This document shows, piece by piece, positions 45,001-57,110 of a stretch of 64,000 nt of DNA. The notes under the pieces were generated by a model. It was not told the DNA's origin and did not search any database. It worked only from the letters and a program-made list of their open reading frames with translations. This DNA comes from an uncultured Gemmatimonadales bacterium (lineage in GTDB: Bacteria; Gemmatimonadota; Gemmatimonadetes; Gemmatimonadales; GWC2-71-9), in the NCBI GenBank assembly GCA_963842945.1, contig CAWJIM010000006.1, positions 1 through 64,000 on the forward strand. Direction: 5' to 3'. Positions within the stretch are counted from its first letter, which is position 1; the number at the start of each line of letters is the position of its first letter. The translations under genes were made by a program, and so were the position numbers.

Positions 45001-48000
45001 TGGCGGCAGATGTGGCCCGGAGTCGCCCTGGCGGTGCTGGTGATCGCCCTGGTGGCCTGGCGCCGGGCCGGGCTGGCAGTGCCAGACTGGGAATACGTGG
45101 TGGGGGTGCTGCCGCTGGGACTCGTCTGGATTGCCTCGCCCGTGATCGCGAAGGCGCTGGCCGCGCCGGCCCTGCCGAAGGAGCTGCGCCTCGCGGCCGA
45201 GGGGCGGCGGCAGATGCACCGCTATGCCCTGCTCCACTGGCGTTTCTTCGACCGCTTCGTCAGCGAGCGGACCAACTGGCTCGCACCTGACAACTTCCAG
45301 GAAGATCCCAAGCCGGTGGTGGCGCTGCGGACTTCGCCCACCAACATCGGCCTCCAGCTACTGGCCACGGTCAGCGCCCACGACCTGGGCTTCATCACTC
45401 TCGATGATATGGCCCGCCGGCTGGAGCTCGCGTTTCGCACTCTGGAGCGGATGCGGCGGCTGCAGGGCCACTTCTACAACTGGTACGACCTTACCGATCT
45501 CCGGGTGCTGGAGCCGGCCTACGTGTCCACGGTGGACAGCGGAAATCTGGCGGGACATCTCATCGCGCTCAGGCAGGCCTGCCTGGCGTTGATCGAGCAG
45601 CCGCTGGACGCACGGATCGGCCGGGGGCTGGACGTGGCGCTGCTGCTGGCCGACGAGCGACGGAAGAAGCTGATCCCCAATCACTCCGCGGGAAAGCAGC
45701 TGCGAGCCGCGCTCAAGCTGGTATCACAGTTCGGGCGGGAAACGCCGTCCACCTCCAGGCTGGCCCGGGTAGGCGACGCGCTCAGGCAATACGACACGGA
45801 GGTCAACTCGGCGGGACTCGGGGCCGGGCTGGCGGAGGCGCTGACGGAGTGGACCTCGTGGAGTCTCCGGCTGATTGAGGCCCAGGCGGAGTGGGTGGTG
45901 AAGTCGGGAGTCGGGAGTCAGGAATCGGGAGTCGCTACCCGCTCCCCGGTGGCGGCCGAGGTGCTCCGCCGCCTGGGAGCCATCGCGGAACGGGCCTATC
46001 GCTACGCCATGGAGATGGACTTCCGGGTTCTGTTCGACAAGCAGCGGAAGCTGTTCACCATCGGCCTTGCAGCCAACACCCACACCCCCGATCCCTCCTA
46101 CTACGACCTGCTCGCCTCGGAGGCGCGGCTCGCGAGTTATCTCGCCGTGGCCAAGAATGACGCGCCGGTGGACCACTGGTTTCGCCTGGGCCGCACCCTG
46201 ACCTACGCCGCCGGGAAGGCAGCGCTGGTGTCGTGGAGCGGGAGCATGTTCGAGTACTTGATGCCGATGCTGGTGATGCGCTCGTTTCCCAGCACAGTGC
46301 TGGCGCAGACGACCAAGGGCGCGCTGGTGCGGCAGGTGGCCTACGGGGGAGAGCGCGGCGTTCCCTGGGGCGTGAGCGAGAGCGGCTACAACCTGCGCGA
46401 CCGGCACCACACCTATCAATACCGTCCTTTCGGCGTACCCGATCTGGCGCTCAAGCGTGGCCTGGGTCGAGAGCTGGTGGTGGCGCCCTACGCTTCGCTG
46501 CTGGCCGCGATGATCGATCCCCAGCGGGCGCTGGCCAACTTGCGGGAGCTGGAGCGGCTGGGCGCACTGGGTCCGTACGGCTTCCGGGAATCGCTGGACT
46601 ATACCCGGCCCGATCCCGAGATGAGCTACGCCCTGGTGGGCGCGTTCTTCGCCCACCACATCGGGATGAGCCTGATCGCGATGACCAACGTGCTCAGCAA
46701 CAACATCTGGCAGCGCCGGTTTCACGCCGACCCGATCGTCCGCTCCGCCGAGTTGCTGCTTCACGAGCGGATCCCCCGCCGACTGGTGGTGCAGGAGGCG
46801 CAGGACCTCCGGCCCGACGAGGCGATGCCCGAAGCGGACATCGAGCGTCCGTCGGTTCGGGAGCTGGACACGCCCGACACGGCGCAGCCCCATATCGCGC
46901 TGCTGGGTCACGTCCCCTACACCATCATGGTGAGCCACTGTGGCGCCGGGTACAGCCGGTTCGAGGAGCTGGCGGTGAGCCGCTGGCAGTCAGACGGCAC
47001 CCGCGACTTCACCGGCCAGTTCTGCTATCTCAAGGATCTTTCGACCGGCCGCGTGTGGTCGGCGGCGCACCAGCCGGTATGCGCGCCGGCGGACAGCTAT
47101 CAGGCCCTGCTCGCCACCGACCGGGTGACCTTCCACCGAATCGACGGCTCGATCGAAACCAGCACCGAGATCGCAGTGGTGCCGGACGACGCGGCCGAAA
47201 TTCGGCGGATCACCGTCACCAACCACAGCGACGAGACTCGGGAGATCGAGCTGACCAGCTACGGTGAGATCGTGCTGGCACCTCCGGAGAGCGATCGGGC
47301 TCATCCGGCATTCGGCAATCTTTTCGTGGAGACCGAATGGCACGACTGGTGTAACGCCATCAGCGCCACCCGCCGCGTCCGCTCGGCTAAGGAAGCGCCG
47401 CTCTGGTGCGTGCACGTGGTGGACGGCGGACCGGAGCGGGTGGGCCCGGTGAGCTGCGAGACCGACCGGTCCAGGTTCATCGGCCGGGGGCGCACGACTC
47501 GGGATCCTGTGGCCCTGGAAGCCGAGGGCCCGCTCTCCGGCAGCATCGGCTCGGTGCTGGATCCGATCTTTGCCCTTCGGACCAGGGTGCGGCTGCGGCC
47601 GGGGCGATCGGCTTCGGTCGGGTTCACCACTTTGGTCTCCACCAGCCGGGAACGGGCTTTCGAGCTGGCCGACCGGTACCGCGATCCGCACTCGTCGCAG
47701 CGGGCGCTCGACCTGGCCTGGACCTCGAGTCAGGTGGAGCTCAGGGAATTCAACCTTACCCCTAGCGATGCGGCGGTGTTTCAGGAGCTGGCGGCGATCC
47801 TGCTCTACGGCAGCCCGTCGCTCCGCGCTCCTCAGTCGGAGCTCCGGAGGAACCGCGGCTCGCAGCAACTGCTCTGGGGGCTCGGGGTGAGCGGCGACTG
47901 GCCCATCCTGCTGGCGACTATCAATTCGGACGAAGGACTTCCAACTCTGCGCCAGGTGCTCCAGGCCCACCACTACTGGCGGCGCCGGGGAATGAAGATC

Positions 48001-50941
48001 GACCTGGTGGTGCTGAACACCCATCGGCCGAGCTACATCCAGGACATGGCCGACCGGATCACTTCCACCGTCTTCTCGGCCAGTGATCCCACGTTCGCGG
48101 ATGTTCCCGGCGGCGTCTTCGTGCGGCGGCAGGACCTGCTCAACGCCGACCAGCTGCAGATGCTCCGGGCCACGGCGCGAATGCATCTCTCCTGTCAGGG
48201 GCAAGCACTGGGCCGGGTGCTCGTCACCGCCCTGCCCGACGAATCGCTGGATGAGGAGCTGGAGGACATCTCTCCCCCGCTCCGGACGCCGGCACGGAGC
48301 GACTCGCGGATGGCACGGGTGGTTCGCCGGATCGGCGCAACCCTGCCCTCCCTGCTGGTGCCGCCAGCTTCGCCGTCCGAGTCCGAGCTCCGGCCCCATG
48401 TTCCGGACCGGCGCCGCGGCGGCGGATTGGCGCTGGACAATGGCTATGGCGGGATCGGTCCCGACGGCGACTATCACATTCGGGTGAACAGGACGCGCGT
48501 ACCGCCGGCTCCCTGGTCCAACATCATTGCCAACCGCCACGGTGGATTCATGGTCACTGAGCGGGGCGGCGGGTGCACCTGGGCGGAGAACAGCTACTTC
48601 TTCCGGCTGACGCCCTGGCACAACGATCCGGTGTCAGACCCGGTGAGCGAGGTGATCTATCTCCAGGACGAGGAGAGCGACGAGCTCTGGTGCGCCACTC
48701 CGGGTCCGATCGGAGGAGATCATTTCACCGTCCGGCACGCACCGGGCACCAGCTCCTTTTCCCACCAGCATGGCGACGTCGCCACCGACCTGATCCTGGG
48801 CCTGGCCCCGGACGCAGCAGTCAAGCTTTCGGTGCTGCGGCTGAACAACCGGGGCGACAGGATCCGCCGACTCCGGATCACCACATATATGGAATGGACT
48901 CTGGGGGTGCTCCGAGAGCACACCCAGCACCAGGTACAAACCCGATTCGATCGGGAGCGGGAGACGCTGCTGGCCACCAACTACTTCGACCCGAGCTTTG
49001 CCGGCTGGACCGGGTTCCATTGCATCAGCGAGCCCGTGATCGCCTACACGGCCGGGCGCCGGGACTTCATCGGCCGGAACCGTTCGGTCGCAAACCCTGC
49101 CGCGTTGCTGGATGGCGGGAATCTCTCCGGTATTACCGGCGCCGGCATCGATCCTTGCGCCGCGCTGCAGTGCTCGATCGAGCTCGCGCCGGGGGAAGAC
49201 CGGGAGATCGCCATCGTACTCGGCGCGGCGGCAACCGAGCTGAAGACTCATGAGCTGGCCACGGAGTATCGCGAGCTCGCCCGAGTCAAGACCGCGATCG
49301 ATGAGACGATCGCCGGCTGGAGCGAGCGGCTCTCAGTGATCACGGTGAAGACGCCGGAGCCGACCTTTGACGCGATGATCAACCGCTGGACCCTGTACCA
49401 GGCGCTCTCCTGCCGGATGTGGGGCCGCTCGGCGGTGTATCAGAGCAGCGGCGCGTACGGCTTTCGCGATCAATTGCAGGACGTGCTGGCCTTCCTCTAT
49501 GCCGAGCCGGCGCTGGCGCGGGAGCACATCCTCCGGGCCGCGGGCCGCCAGTTCGTGGAAGGCGACGTGCAGCACTGGTGGCATCCCCACAGCGGACGGG
49601 GGGTGCGCACCAGGTTCTCGGACGATCTGGCCTGGCTACCCTACGTGGTGGACCAATACATCCGGGTCACCGGCGATGCCTCGGTGCTGGATGAGCCGGC
49701 TCCGTTTCTCACCATGCGCGAGCTGGGTCCGGACGAGCACGAGATCTATGACTTGCCGGAGGTGAGCTCCGAGCTGGCGAGCGTCTACCAGCACTGCGTT
49801 CGGGCACTCCACCGGGCCTGCACCACGGGAGAGCACGGCCTGCCTTTGATCGGCATCGGAGACTGGAACGATGGGATGAACCGGGTCGGGATCCAGGGAA
49901 AGGGAGAGAGCGTGTGGCTGGCCTGGTTCCTGGCCACGACGCTCAAGGCGTTTGCCGAGCAGGCCGACGCCCGGGGAGACGTAGCCATCGCGGCGCAGTT
50001 CAGGGGTCAGGCGGCCGCTTACCTGATGGCGGTGGAGCAGCACGGGTGGGACGGAGAGTGGTATCGCCGGGCCTACTTTGACGATGGAACGCCGATTGGT
50101 TCGCGGACGAACGAGGAATGCCGGATCGATTCCATCGCGCAGAGCTGGAGTGTGATCAGTGGGGGGACGCGGGGAGGGGGGGAAGCGGGGCAGCGGGGCA
50201 GCGGGGACGGCAGCGGGGCAGCGGGGCAGCAGGGCAGCAGGGCGGGAGAGGAGGAAGGTCGCCATGAACTCCCTGGAGAAGTATCTGGTGCGCGAGGATG
50301 CCCGGCTGATCATGCTGCTGACTCCCGCCTTCGACAAGACGGAGAAGGATCCGGGATACATCAAGGGCTATCTGCCGGGTGTGCGGGAGAACGGGGCGCA
50401 ATACACCCACGCGGCGCTTTGGGCGGTATTGGCCACCGCGCTCCAGGGCAACGGAAACCGGGCGTTCGAGCTGTATCAGATGATCAATCCGCTGACTCAC
50501 GCTCGCACGCCGGAGGAGGTAGAGGCCTACAAGGTCGAGCCGTATGTCGTGGCGGCCGATGTGTACACGGCAGAGGGCCAGTTGGGACGGGGCGGATGGA
50601 CCTGGTACACCGGTTCGGCGAGCTGGATGTACCGGGTGGGGCTGGAGGGAATCCTGGGCTTCACCAAGCGGGGTGACCGGCTGTTCATCGAGCCGAGAGC
50701 CCCAGCCTTCTGGTCGGAATACACGATCGAATACCGATTCGGCACGAGCGTGTATGTGATCGTGGTGCACAACGAGGAGGGAATATCCGGTGGCGCGATC
50801 GAGATCACCATCGACGGCGCTCCGTCAGCCGGCGGAAGCATTCGCCTGGAGGACGACGGCGCTCGGCACGAGGTGAGCGTACAGCGGGTGAGTAGCGGTC
50901 TACCGGAGCCGGAGGAGGTCGCCGCGGACGACAATAGATAA
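42098..50941 (+). CDS. ndvB: Cyclic beta-1,2-glucan synthase (Cgs/NdvB/ChvB type; GT84, cyclisation and GH94 domains); frameshifts near the 5' end and at about 50160-50260
   Basis: EWLLDNY, GWERKRGK, ITLDSD, LSHDLIEG, RWIRGDWQ, PDNFQE, TSPTNIG, LASEARL, WGVSES, GAYGFRDQLQD, GDWND, ENGAQYTH, WYTGSASW; start uncertain. Confidence 0.92.
45901..45935 (+). repeat. Heptamer array (GAGTCGG-type) x5 inside the glucan synthase
   Basis: Encodes [12 protein letters not shown], the same SGVGSQESG peptide as the MsrA tail. Confidence 0.8.
50161..50247 (+). repeat. G-rich octamer array (AGCGGGGC)n plus G runs inside the GH94 domain, at the frameshift
   Basis: About 7 units at 50184-50243; related to 4846-4892. 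Confidence 0.85.
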
Positions 50942-51130
50942 ATAGGGCGGAACCACCTCCTCCGTCTGAGTCTCGACCCCGTTGGGCAGGCTTCTTGCGA
51001 CCCCGCCGCACTGCACTAAGTTGCCGCATCCCCTGAACAAGACAAACGACCGTTCCAGGTAAGCTGGAGCCTCTGCCGGCTCCTCACCGGATAGTTACGC
51101 AGTCTGACAGTCAACTCGCCGAGGCGTGCC

Positions 51131-52423
51131 TTGAAGCTGGTTGCCGGACATGCTGTTACCGGTGCACTTCTCGAAGCCGCGGAACCGGCCAAAGCCACCG
51201 CAGCTCCCGTCCTGAAGCGCTGTCCGTCCGCTCCTGCCTATCGCCGGGTGCTAATTGTCGCACCCCAGCCATTCTACGAGGATCGGGGGACCCCGATTGC
51301 GGTTCGCCAGGTGGTGGAGGGGCTCAGCCAGCTCGGATATTCGGTCGATCTCCTCACTTACCCTGTTGGCAGCGACATCCAAGTACCGGGCGTGCGCCTG
51401 ATACGGACGGCAAATCCGCTTCGATTCAAGAGCGTTCCAGTAGGCCTTTCGGTGAAGAAGGTCCTGTTGGACATCCCCCTCACCGTGGCGCTTCTGTCTC
51501 GCCTTCGCACCGGTGCATACTCTTGCATTCACGCCGTCGAAGAAGCGGCTTTTCCCGCTGTCCTGTTGGGTCGGCACTACAGAGTGCCGGTGATCTACGA
51601 CATGCAGTCCAGCCTTCCCGAGCAGCTCGCCACACATCCCGGGTTAGGTGCCACACCCGTCCGATACCTATTGGAGCAGCTGGAATCCTGGCTTCTGCGA
51701 CGAGCCGACCTGGTAGTCAGCAGCGCCGGTCTGGCGAGTCGGGTACGCCAAGTCGCTCCCCAGACTCCGCTGCATGAGTGGCAGTACCCGAGCGTCATGG
51801 TTCCGGCCGCACGAGGTGACGCGGAGCGGCTTCGCCGGCGTCTCGCTATTCCACCGGGCCGGCCGGTTGTGCTCTATGGCGGGACCTTTCAGAGCTATCA
51901 GGGACTGGGACAGCTGATCGAGGCCATTCCGGCGGTACGGGCGGTGGTGCCGGACGCCACGTTCGTGCTGGTAGGAGCCGAGAACGGAACTGGTGCGGCG
52001 GTTCGAGCTCAAGGAGCTGCGCTCCTCCAGTCGGGAGCCTTGCATGTCATCGATCGTCAACCACGGCACGAAATACCCGGCTACCTCGGTCTCGCCGACG
52101 TATTGGTCTCGCCCCGCTCATACGGCGGCAACCTTCCACTCAAGGTCTTCGACTACCTGGCGGCTGGCCGCCCCATCGTTGCCACCGATATCCCGACGCA
52201 TCGTACGGTGCTCAACGAAGACCGGGCGGTGCTCGTTCCCACCCAGAGCACCGAGCTCGCGCGAGGAATCTTGAGTCTGCTGCTGGACCCGGCGCGCGCC
52301 GACCGGTTGGCTCGTGCCGGCCGCCGGTACGCGGAAGAGCACCTCGGGTGGGCGAGATTCGTTGACTCTCTGGGCAACCTGTACGAGGCCGTGCACCAGC
52401 ATGCGCTTGCGAAATCGGCCTGA
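51131..52423 (+). CDS. GT4 family glycosyltransferase
   Basis: APQPFYEDRGTP, YGGTF..YQG, ADVLVSPR, PLKVFDYLAAGRPIVATD. Confidence 0.9.
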   Translation: MKLVAGHAVTGALLEAAEPAKATAAPVLKRCPSAPAYRRVLIVAPQPFYEDRGTPIAVRQVVEGLSQLGYSVDLLTYPVGSDIQVPGVRLIRTANPLRFKSVPVGLSVKKVLLDIPLTVALLSRLRTGAYSCIHAVEEAAFPAVLLGRHYRVPVIYDMQSSLPEQLATHPGLGATPVRYLLEQLESWLLRRADLVVSSAGLASRVRQVAPQTPLHEWQYPSVMVPAARGDAERLRRRLAIPPGRPVVLYGGTFQSYQGLGQLIEAIPAVRAVVPDATFVLVGAENGTGAAVRAQGAALLQSGALHVIDRQPRHEIPGYLGLADVLVSPRSYGGNLPLKVFDYLAAGRPIVATDIPTHRTVLNEDRAVLVPTQSTELARGILSLLLDPARADRLARAGRRYAEEHLGWARFVDSLGNLYEAVHQHALAKSA

Positions 52424-53384
52424 GCTGATCGTGCCCGGCGTCAATCTCGTCTCCGTGATCATTCCGGCCCGCAATGAAGCCCGTGGTATCGCCGCGGTAA
52501 TCCAGGCCGTCCAGGCACAGAGCCCTGCCGGCTGGGATCTCGAGGTCATCGTCGTAGATGACGGATCGTCCGACGGAACAGCGGAAAGGGCTCGGGCCGC
52601 CGGCGCACGAGCGTTGGTACTCGAGTCCGGGATCGAGGGCGGAAATCCGGCACGGGCCAGGAATCTCGGAGCTGCCGCAGCCAAGGGCGATCCCATCGTC
52701 TTTCTCGACGCCGACTGCATTCCGGAGTCAGGCTGGCTCGCCCGCTTGCTGGTGGCCCATGACGCGGGAGCAGCGGTGGTCGGGGGTGCGTTGGATCTGC
52801 CGCAAGGTGTGCCCCTCACGGCCCGCTGCGACTACTACTGCGGCTGGTATCACGTCCACTCCAAGCGACCCTCAGGGGCCGTTCCGAACCACCCACCGGG
52901 CAACTTGAGCGTGCGCCGCCAGGTGTTCGTCATGAGTAGCGGCTTTACCGAGCAACAGCCGGTCGCCTATGCCCATGAGGAGCTGGCCTGGCAGGGGGAA
53001 GTGCAGCGATCGGGTGGTGCGATCGTCTTCGAGCCTGCCGCGGTGGTCCGGCACTACAACCGGCCGGGCTTCGCCAATCTGCTCAAACGGAACTACCGCT
53101 GGGGCTACAGCGCCATCGAGAGTAAGGCTGCAACCAAGGCGGCCCGAATGGCATGGCTCTATCGATATCCCGGGCTCCTGGTGGCGGCCAGCATTCCTCT
53201 GGCAATCGCCAGCACGGGCTACATCGTCGGCTGCTGGCTGCGCGCCGGTGTCGCGGAGCCACTGCTGATGTTGCCGGCGGTACTTGCCGCCCGGCTGGCC
53301 TACTCGATGGGCCTCGCCGCGGGTGGGGTGCGATGGATTCGCTACGGAACGCTCGCTCCTGCCACCAGGGCTCGTTGGGAATGA
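52401..53384 (+). CDS. GT2 family glycosyltransferase
   Basis: VSVIIPARNE, VDDGSSD, ARN, FLDADC. Confidence 0.88.
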   Translation: MRLRNRPELIVPGVNLVSVIIPARNEARGIAAVIQAVQAQSPAGWDLEVIVVDDGSSDGTAERARAAGARALVLESGIEGGNPARARNLGAAAAKGDPIVFLDADCIPESGWLARLLVAHDAGAAVVGGALDLPQGVPLTARCDYYCGWYHVHSKRPSGAVPNHPPGNLSVRRQVFVMSSGFTEQQPVAYAHEELAWQGEVQRSGGAIVFEPAAVVRHYNRPGFANLLKRNYRWGYSAIESKAATKAARMAWLYRYPGLLVAASIPLAIASTGYIVGCWLRAGVAEPLLMLPAVLAARLAYSMGLAAGGVRWIRYGTLAPATRARWE

Positions 53385-54361
53385 CGTCGCCCACCATCAC
53401 GGCAGCGATCTGTACTCGGAACCGCCCACTCCAGCTGGCGCGGGCCCTCGACTCGCTGCTGGCTCAGTCGATAGCGCCAACCGAAATCATGGTGGTGGAC
53501 AATTCGCCGTCTGATGAAGCGACGGCGATGCTCGTGACCGAGCGCTTTTCCGGAGTCCGCTATCTGCGCGAGCCGGTGCCCGGACTCGACTTTGCCCGCA
53601 ATCGGGCACTGGGAGAGGCCGCGGGCGAGATCGTCGCCTTTCTCGACGATGATGCCGTGGCGGACCGGGATTGGTGCCGGGCACTGAAGCAGGTATTCGA
53701 GTCTGCTCCCGACGTCGCGGTGTGCACCGGAAGGGTCGAGCCGCTGATGCTGGCGAGCCCGGGACAACTTCTGTTCGAGTTGAACGGAGGGTTTTCCCGG
53801 GGCAGTCGCCGGATCCGGCTGCCCGACCATGCTGCCAAACGGCTCCATGGGTGGCCCGCGCCGCTTATCGCCTGGGCCATCAGCGTAGGCTGTGGCTGCG
53901 CCTACGCGGTGAGGCGCAGTGCGGCCCTGCAACTGGGTGGCTTTGATGAGGCACTCGACCTGGGCGGCGCATTGCCCGGAGGGGGAGACCACGATCTCCT
54001 CTGGCGCGCGCTGCAGTCCGGCTGGAGAGTCGAATATCAGCCGGAGGCCGTGGCCTGGCACGAGCACCGTCGCGAGGCCGAGGCCGCGTACGATCAGATC
54101 ATCGGGCATCAACGAGCCCTACTCGCCTTTCTGTGCAAGCAGGTATCGCACTCCTCTCTCCGGGGCGGGCTGCCTCTGCTGGCGTATCTGAGCTGGCGAC
54201 TCCTGAAGCCAGGCGTACGGCTGGTGCGGCGCGGCCTGGGTCGCGATCCACTCCCCATCGGGGTGCTGCTGCGGATGTGGGGCAACTGCTTCATGGGCCT
54301 GGGCGCCTATCCACTTGCCTGCCGGATCGCCAGAACCCGGCGGGAGCAATACGCCGCATGA
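53381..54361 (+). CDS. GT2 family glycosyltransferase
   Basis: ICTRNRP, VVDN, ARNRA, FLDDD, GGFDEALD. Confidence 0.88.
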   Translation: MTSPTITAAICTRNRPLQLARALDSLLAQSIAPTEIMVVDNSPSDEATAMLVTERFSGVRYLREPVPGLDFARNRALGEAAGEIVAFLDDDAVADRDWCRALKQVFESAPDVAVCTGRVEPLMLASPGQLLFELNGGFSRGSRRIRLPDHAAKRLHGWPAPLIAWAISVGCGCAYAVRRSAALQLGGFDEALDLGGALPGGGDHDLLWRALQSGWRVEYQPEAVAWHEHRREAEAAYDQIIGHQRALLAFLCKQVSHSSLRGGLPLLAYLSWRLLKPGVRLVRRGLGRDPLPIGVLLRMWGNCFMGLGAYPLACRIARTRREQYAA

Positions 54362-55183
54362 GCGTCCCGTTCCAGTTGACCCGTCCTGCCACCTCGGCAG
54401 AGGCGCCGTTCCGGGTAGGGCAGCTGTGGAGGTTTCGTGAGCTGCTGCGGAGTCTGGTCATCCGCAATCTCAAGGTGAAATACCAGCGCTCACTGCTGGG
54501 CTTCGTCTGGACGATGCTGAATCCGCTCCTCACGGTCGGGATTCTGGTTCTGGTGTTCAGCCATGTGGTCCGAATTCCCCTGCCGGACTACTGGGCATTC
54601 GTGCTCAGCGGATACTTCGTCTGGAACTGCGTGCTCCAGACACTGAACACCGGCACCTACATCTTTGCGGAGCATTCACGGCTTACCCGCAGCGTCGCCT
54701 TTCCCAGCGAGATCCTGGTGTTCGGGGCCGTCGGCTCCCGCTTGCTGGAGTTTGTAGCGGAGATCGTGCTGGTCTTGATCCTGCTGGTCGCGTTCCGTCA
54801 TCACCACGTTCCCGCCAGCTTTGCCTTGCTTCCCTTGCTGCTGGTGATTCAGACGTTGTTGGTGATCGGCGTGGCCCTCCCCATCGCGACGCTCTCCGTT
54901 TTCTACTACGACGTCCAGCACGCGCTCCCGATTGCGTTGACCACGTTGTTCTATTTGTCGCCGGTTTTTTATCCGGCCGAGATGGTACCGGAGGCGGCCC
55001 GGGCCTTCTACTTCCTGTAACCCTCTCGCCGGCCTGCTATCGCTTTACCACGAGATCCTCTACGCCGGCCACATCCCGTCTCCCACGTGGCTTCTGGGGA
55101 TGTTCGCTGCGGCCCTCCTGGTCTACCTCACCGGCTATGGCATCTTCCATCGCTACGCCAGCGTTTTTCCCGAGATCGTCTGA
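54358..55183 (+). CDS. wzm: Polysaccharide ABC exporter permease (Wzm-like); frameshift near 55017
   Basis: RNLKVKYQRSLLGFVWTMLNPL, FYLSPVFYP, NPL. Confidence 0.85.
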
Positions 55184-55955
55184 GCGCGCCGTTGAGGCCG
55201 CGGTCGAGCTTCGGGATGTCTCGAAGCGGTTCTACTATTACGAGCACCGCACGAGCAGCCTGCGCGAGTGGTTCATCCGCCGGGTTCTGCGCCGTCCCCT
55301 CCACATCCGCCGTGCGGAGTTCACCCTCCGCGACTTCAACCTTCGCATCGCGCCCGGCGAAGCGGTCGCGCTGATCGGCTCCAACGGCTCCGGCAAGAGC
55401 ACGGCGCTTCGGCTCATCGCGGGGATTTACCACCCGTCGAGTGGAGCGATCGAGACCAAGGGGCGTCTGACCGCGGTGATCGAGCTGGGAGCCGGATTCC
55501 ACCCTGAGCTTACCGGCGCCGATAACGTCGGTCTCTATGCCGCGGTGCTGGGCCTCGGCCGCAAGGAGCTGTTGGCCCGCTACGACGAAATCGTCGACTT
55601 CGCTCAGACGCGGGAATTCATGGATACCCCGCTCAAATACTACTCCTCCGGCATGGAGGCCCGGCTCGCCTTCGCGGTGGCGATTTGCCTGCAGCCGGAT
55701 GTGCTCCTGCTGGACGAGGTGCTCGCGGTCGGAGATCAGGCGTTTCGCGAGCGATGCCTGGCCCGGCTTCGCGCCTATCACGCCCGGGGTGGCACGCTCA
55801 TCCTGGTCTCGCACGAGATGGATCAGGTACGGCAGCTCTGCTCCCGGGCCGTGTGGCTGGAGCAGGGAGCGATCCGGATGGACGGCGACGTGGGCCCCGT
55901 GCTCGCGGCCTATTCTGCCAAGGATTCACCCAACCACAGACGAGGAGCCAGGTGA
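55180..55955 (+). CDS. wzt: Polysaccharide ABC exporter ATPase (Wzt-like), no C-terminal carbohydrate-binding domain
   Basis: GSNGSGKS, GAGFHPELTG, YSSGM, LLDEVLAVGD, VSH; start uncertain. Confidence 0.88.
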
Positions 55956-57106
55956 CCGCCACGATGTCGGAGCCGCTGGTCTCGGTTGTGCTTCCCTGCC
56001 TCAATGAGGAAGCGGCGATCGGGGCCTGCATTCAGAAGATTCAGGCCACGTTCGCCAAGGCGCAGATCGACGGAGAGATCGTGGTCTGCGACAATGGCTC
56101 CACCGATCAATCGGTTCCCATTGCCGAGCGGCTGGGGGCGCGGGTCGTGCATCAGCCGTCGCGCGGCTACGGCAATGCGTACCTGAAGGGCTTCGCCAGC
56201 GCCCGCGGCCAGTACCTCATCATGGGCGACGCCGACGACACCTACGACTTTACGCTCATCCCCAGCCTGCTCGATCTGCTCACCAAGCAAGGTTACGACT
56301 TCGTGACCGGCAGCCGCTATCTGAATGGTGGTCACCGCAACATTACTCCGTTGCACCGGATCTTCGGCAACCCGGCTCTGACCTCGCTTCTCAACGGCCT
56401 CTTCGGCACCCGATACACCGACGTGTACTGCGGGTTTCGGGGATTCAGCCGGCGAGCCTATGAGGTGATTCGCCCACTGAGCCCGGGCATGGAGTTCAAT
56501 CTCGAGCTGGCGATCAACGCCGGGCTGGCCGGTTTGCGAGTCACCGAGCTTCCCATCGAGCTCGCTCCACGGAAGGGTGAATCCAAGCTGCGGACCTTCC
56601 GGGATGGATGGCGGAGCCTCAGGATGATGTTGCTGTACTCGCCCAACCTGCTGTTTCTGCTGCCCGGCTCGCTGCTTCTCGTGCTTGGCTTCGCCATCCA
56701 TCTGGCGGTGCTGCTTGGACTCGTGCGGTGGGACGGACGTCCCGCGGCCGGGGTCACCGGTGTGTTCGCGACGATCCTGAGCGTGGTGGGCTTTCAGATC
56801 CTGAGCCTGGGCCTCCATACCAAGACCTATTCCTGGACTCGCCGGTTCGACCGGCACAACCGCTCCCTCGAGCGGTTCTATCGTCGGTTCAACCTGGAAA
56901 CCGGGCTGTTACTGGGTGGAGCCCTTCTCCTCCTGGGAGGCGGCGTGTTGACCGGAGTGGTCATTGAATGGCTCCGGGCCGCCATGCTGCCGTTGCCTCG
57001 CCCGGAATGGGCGTCGCTGGGAGCCACGCTCTTTATCATCGGAGCGAGCACGCTCTTCTCGTCCCTGTTCATCTCCGCCATGTCGATGCAGAGGCAGGAG
57101 CATTAG
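55952..57106 (+). CDS. GT2 polyprenol-phosphate glycosyltransferase with C-terminal TMs
   Basis: PCLNEE, DNGSTD, GYGNA, GDADDTYD, SKLRTFRDGWR. Confidence 0.88.
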   Translation: MTATMSEPLVSVVLPCLNEEAAIGACIQKIQATFAKAQIDGEIVVCDNGSTDQSVPIAERLGARVVHQPSRGYGNAYLKGFASARGQYLIMGDADDTYDFTLIPSLLDLLTKQGYDFVTGSRYLNGGHRNITPLHRIFGNPALTSLLNGLFGTRYTDVYCGFRGFSRRAYEVIRPLSPGMEFNLELAINAGLAGLRVTELPIELAPRKGESKLRTFRDGWRSLRMMLLYSPNLLFLLPGSLLLVLGFAIHLAVLLGLVRWDGRPAAGVTGVFATILSVVGFQILSLGLHTKTYSWTRRFDRHNRSLERFYRRFNLETGLLLGGALLLLGGGVLTGVVIEWLRAAMLPLPRPEWASLGATLFIIGASTLFSSLFISAMSMQRQEH

Positions 57107-57110
57107 TCCG

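Noticed and set aside
50942..51130. Riboswitch, ops/JUMPstart or ncRNA upstream of the glycan cluster
   Set aside because: Only a short GGAGCC/GGCTCC stem is visible; no recognisable consensus
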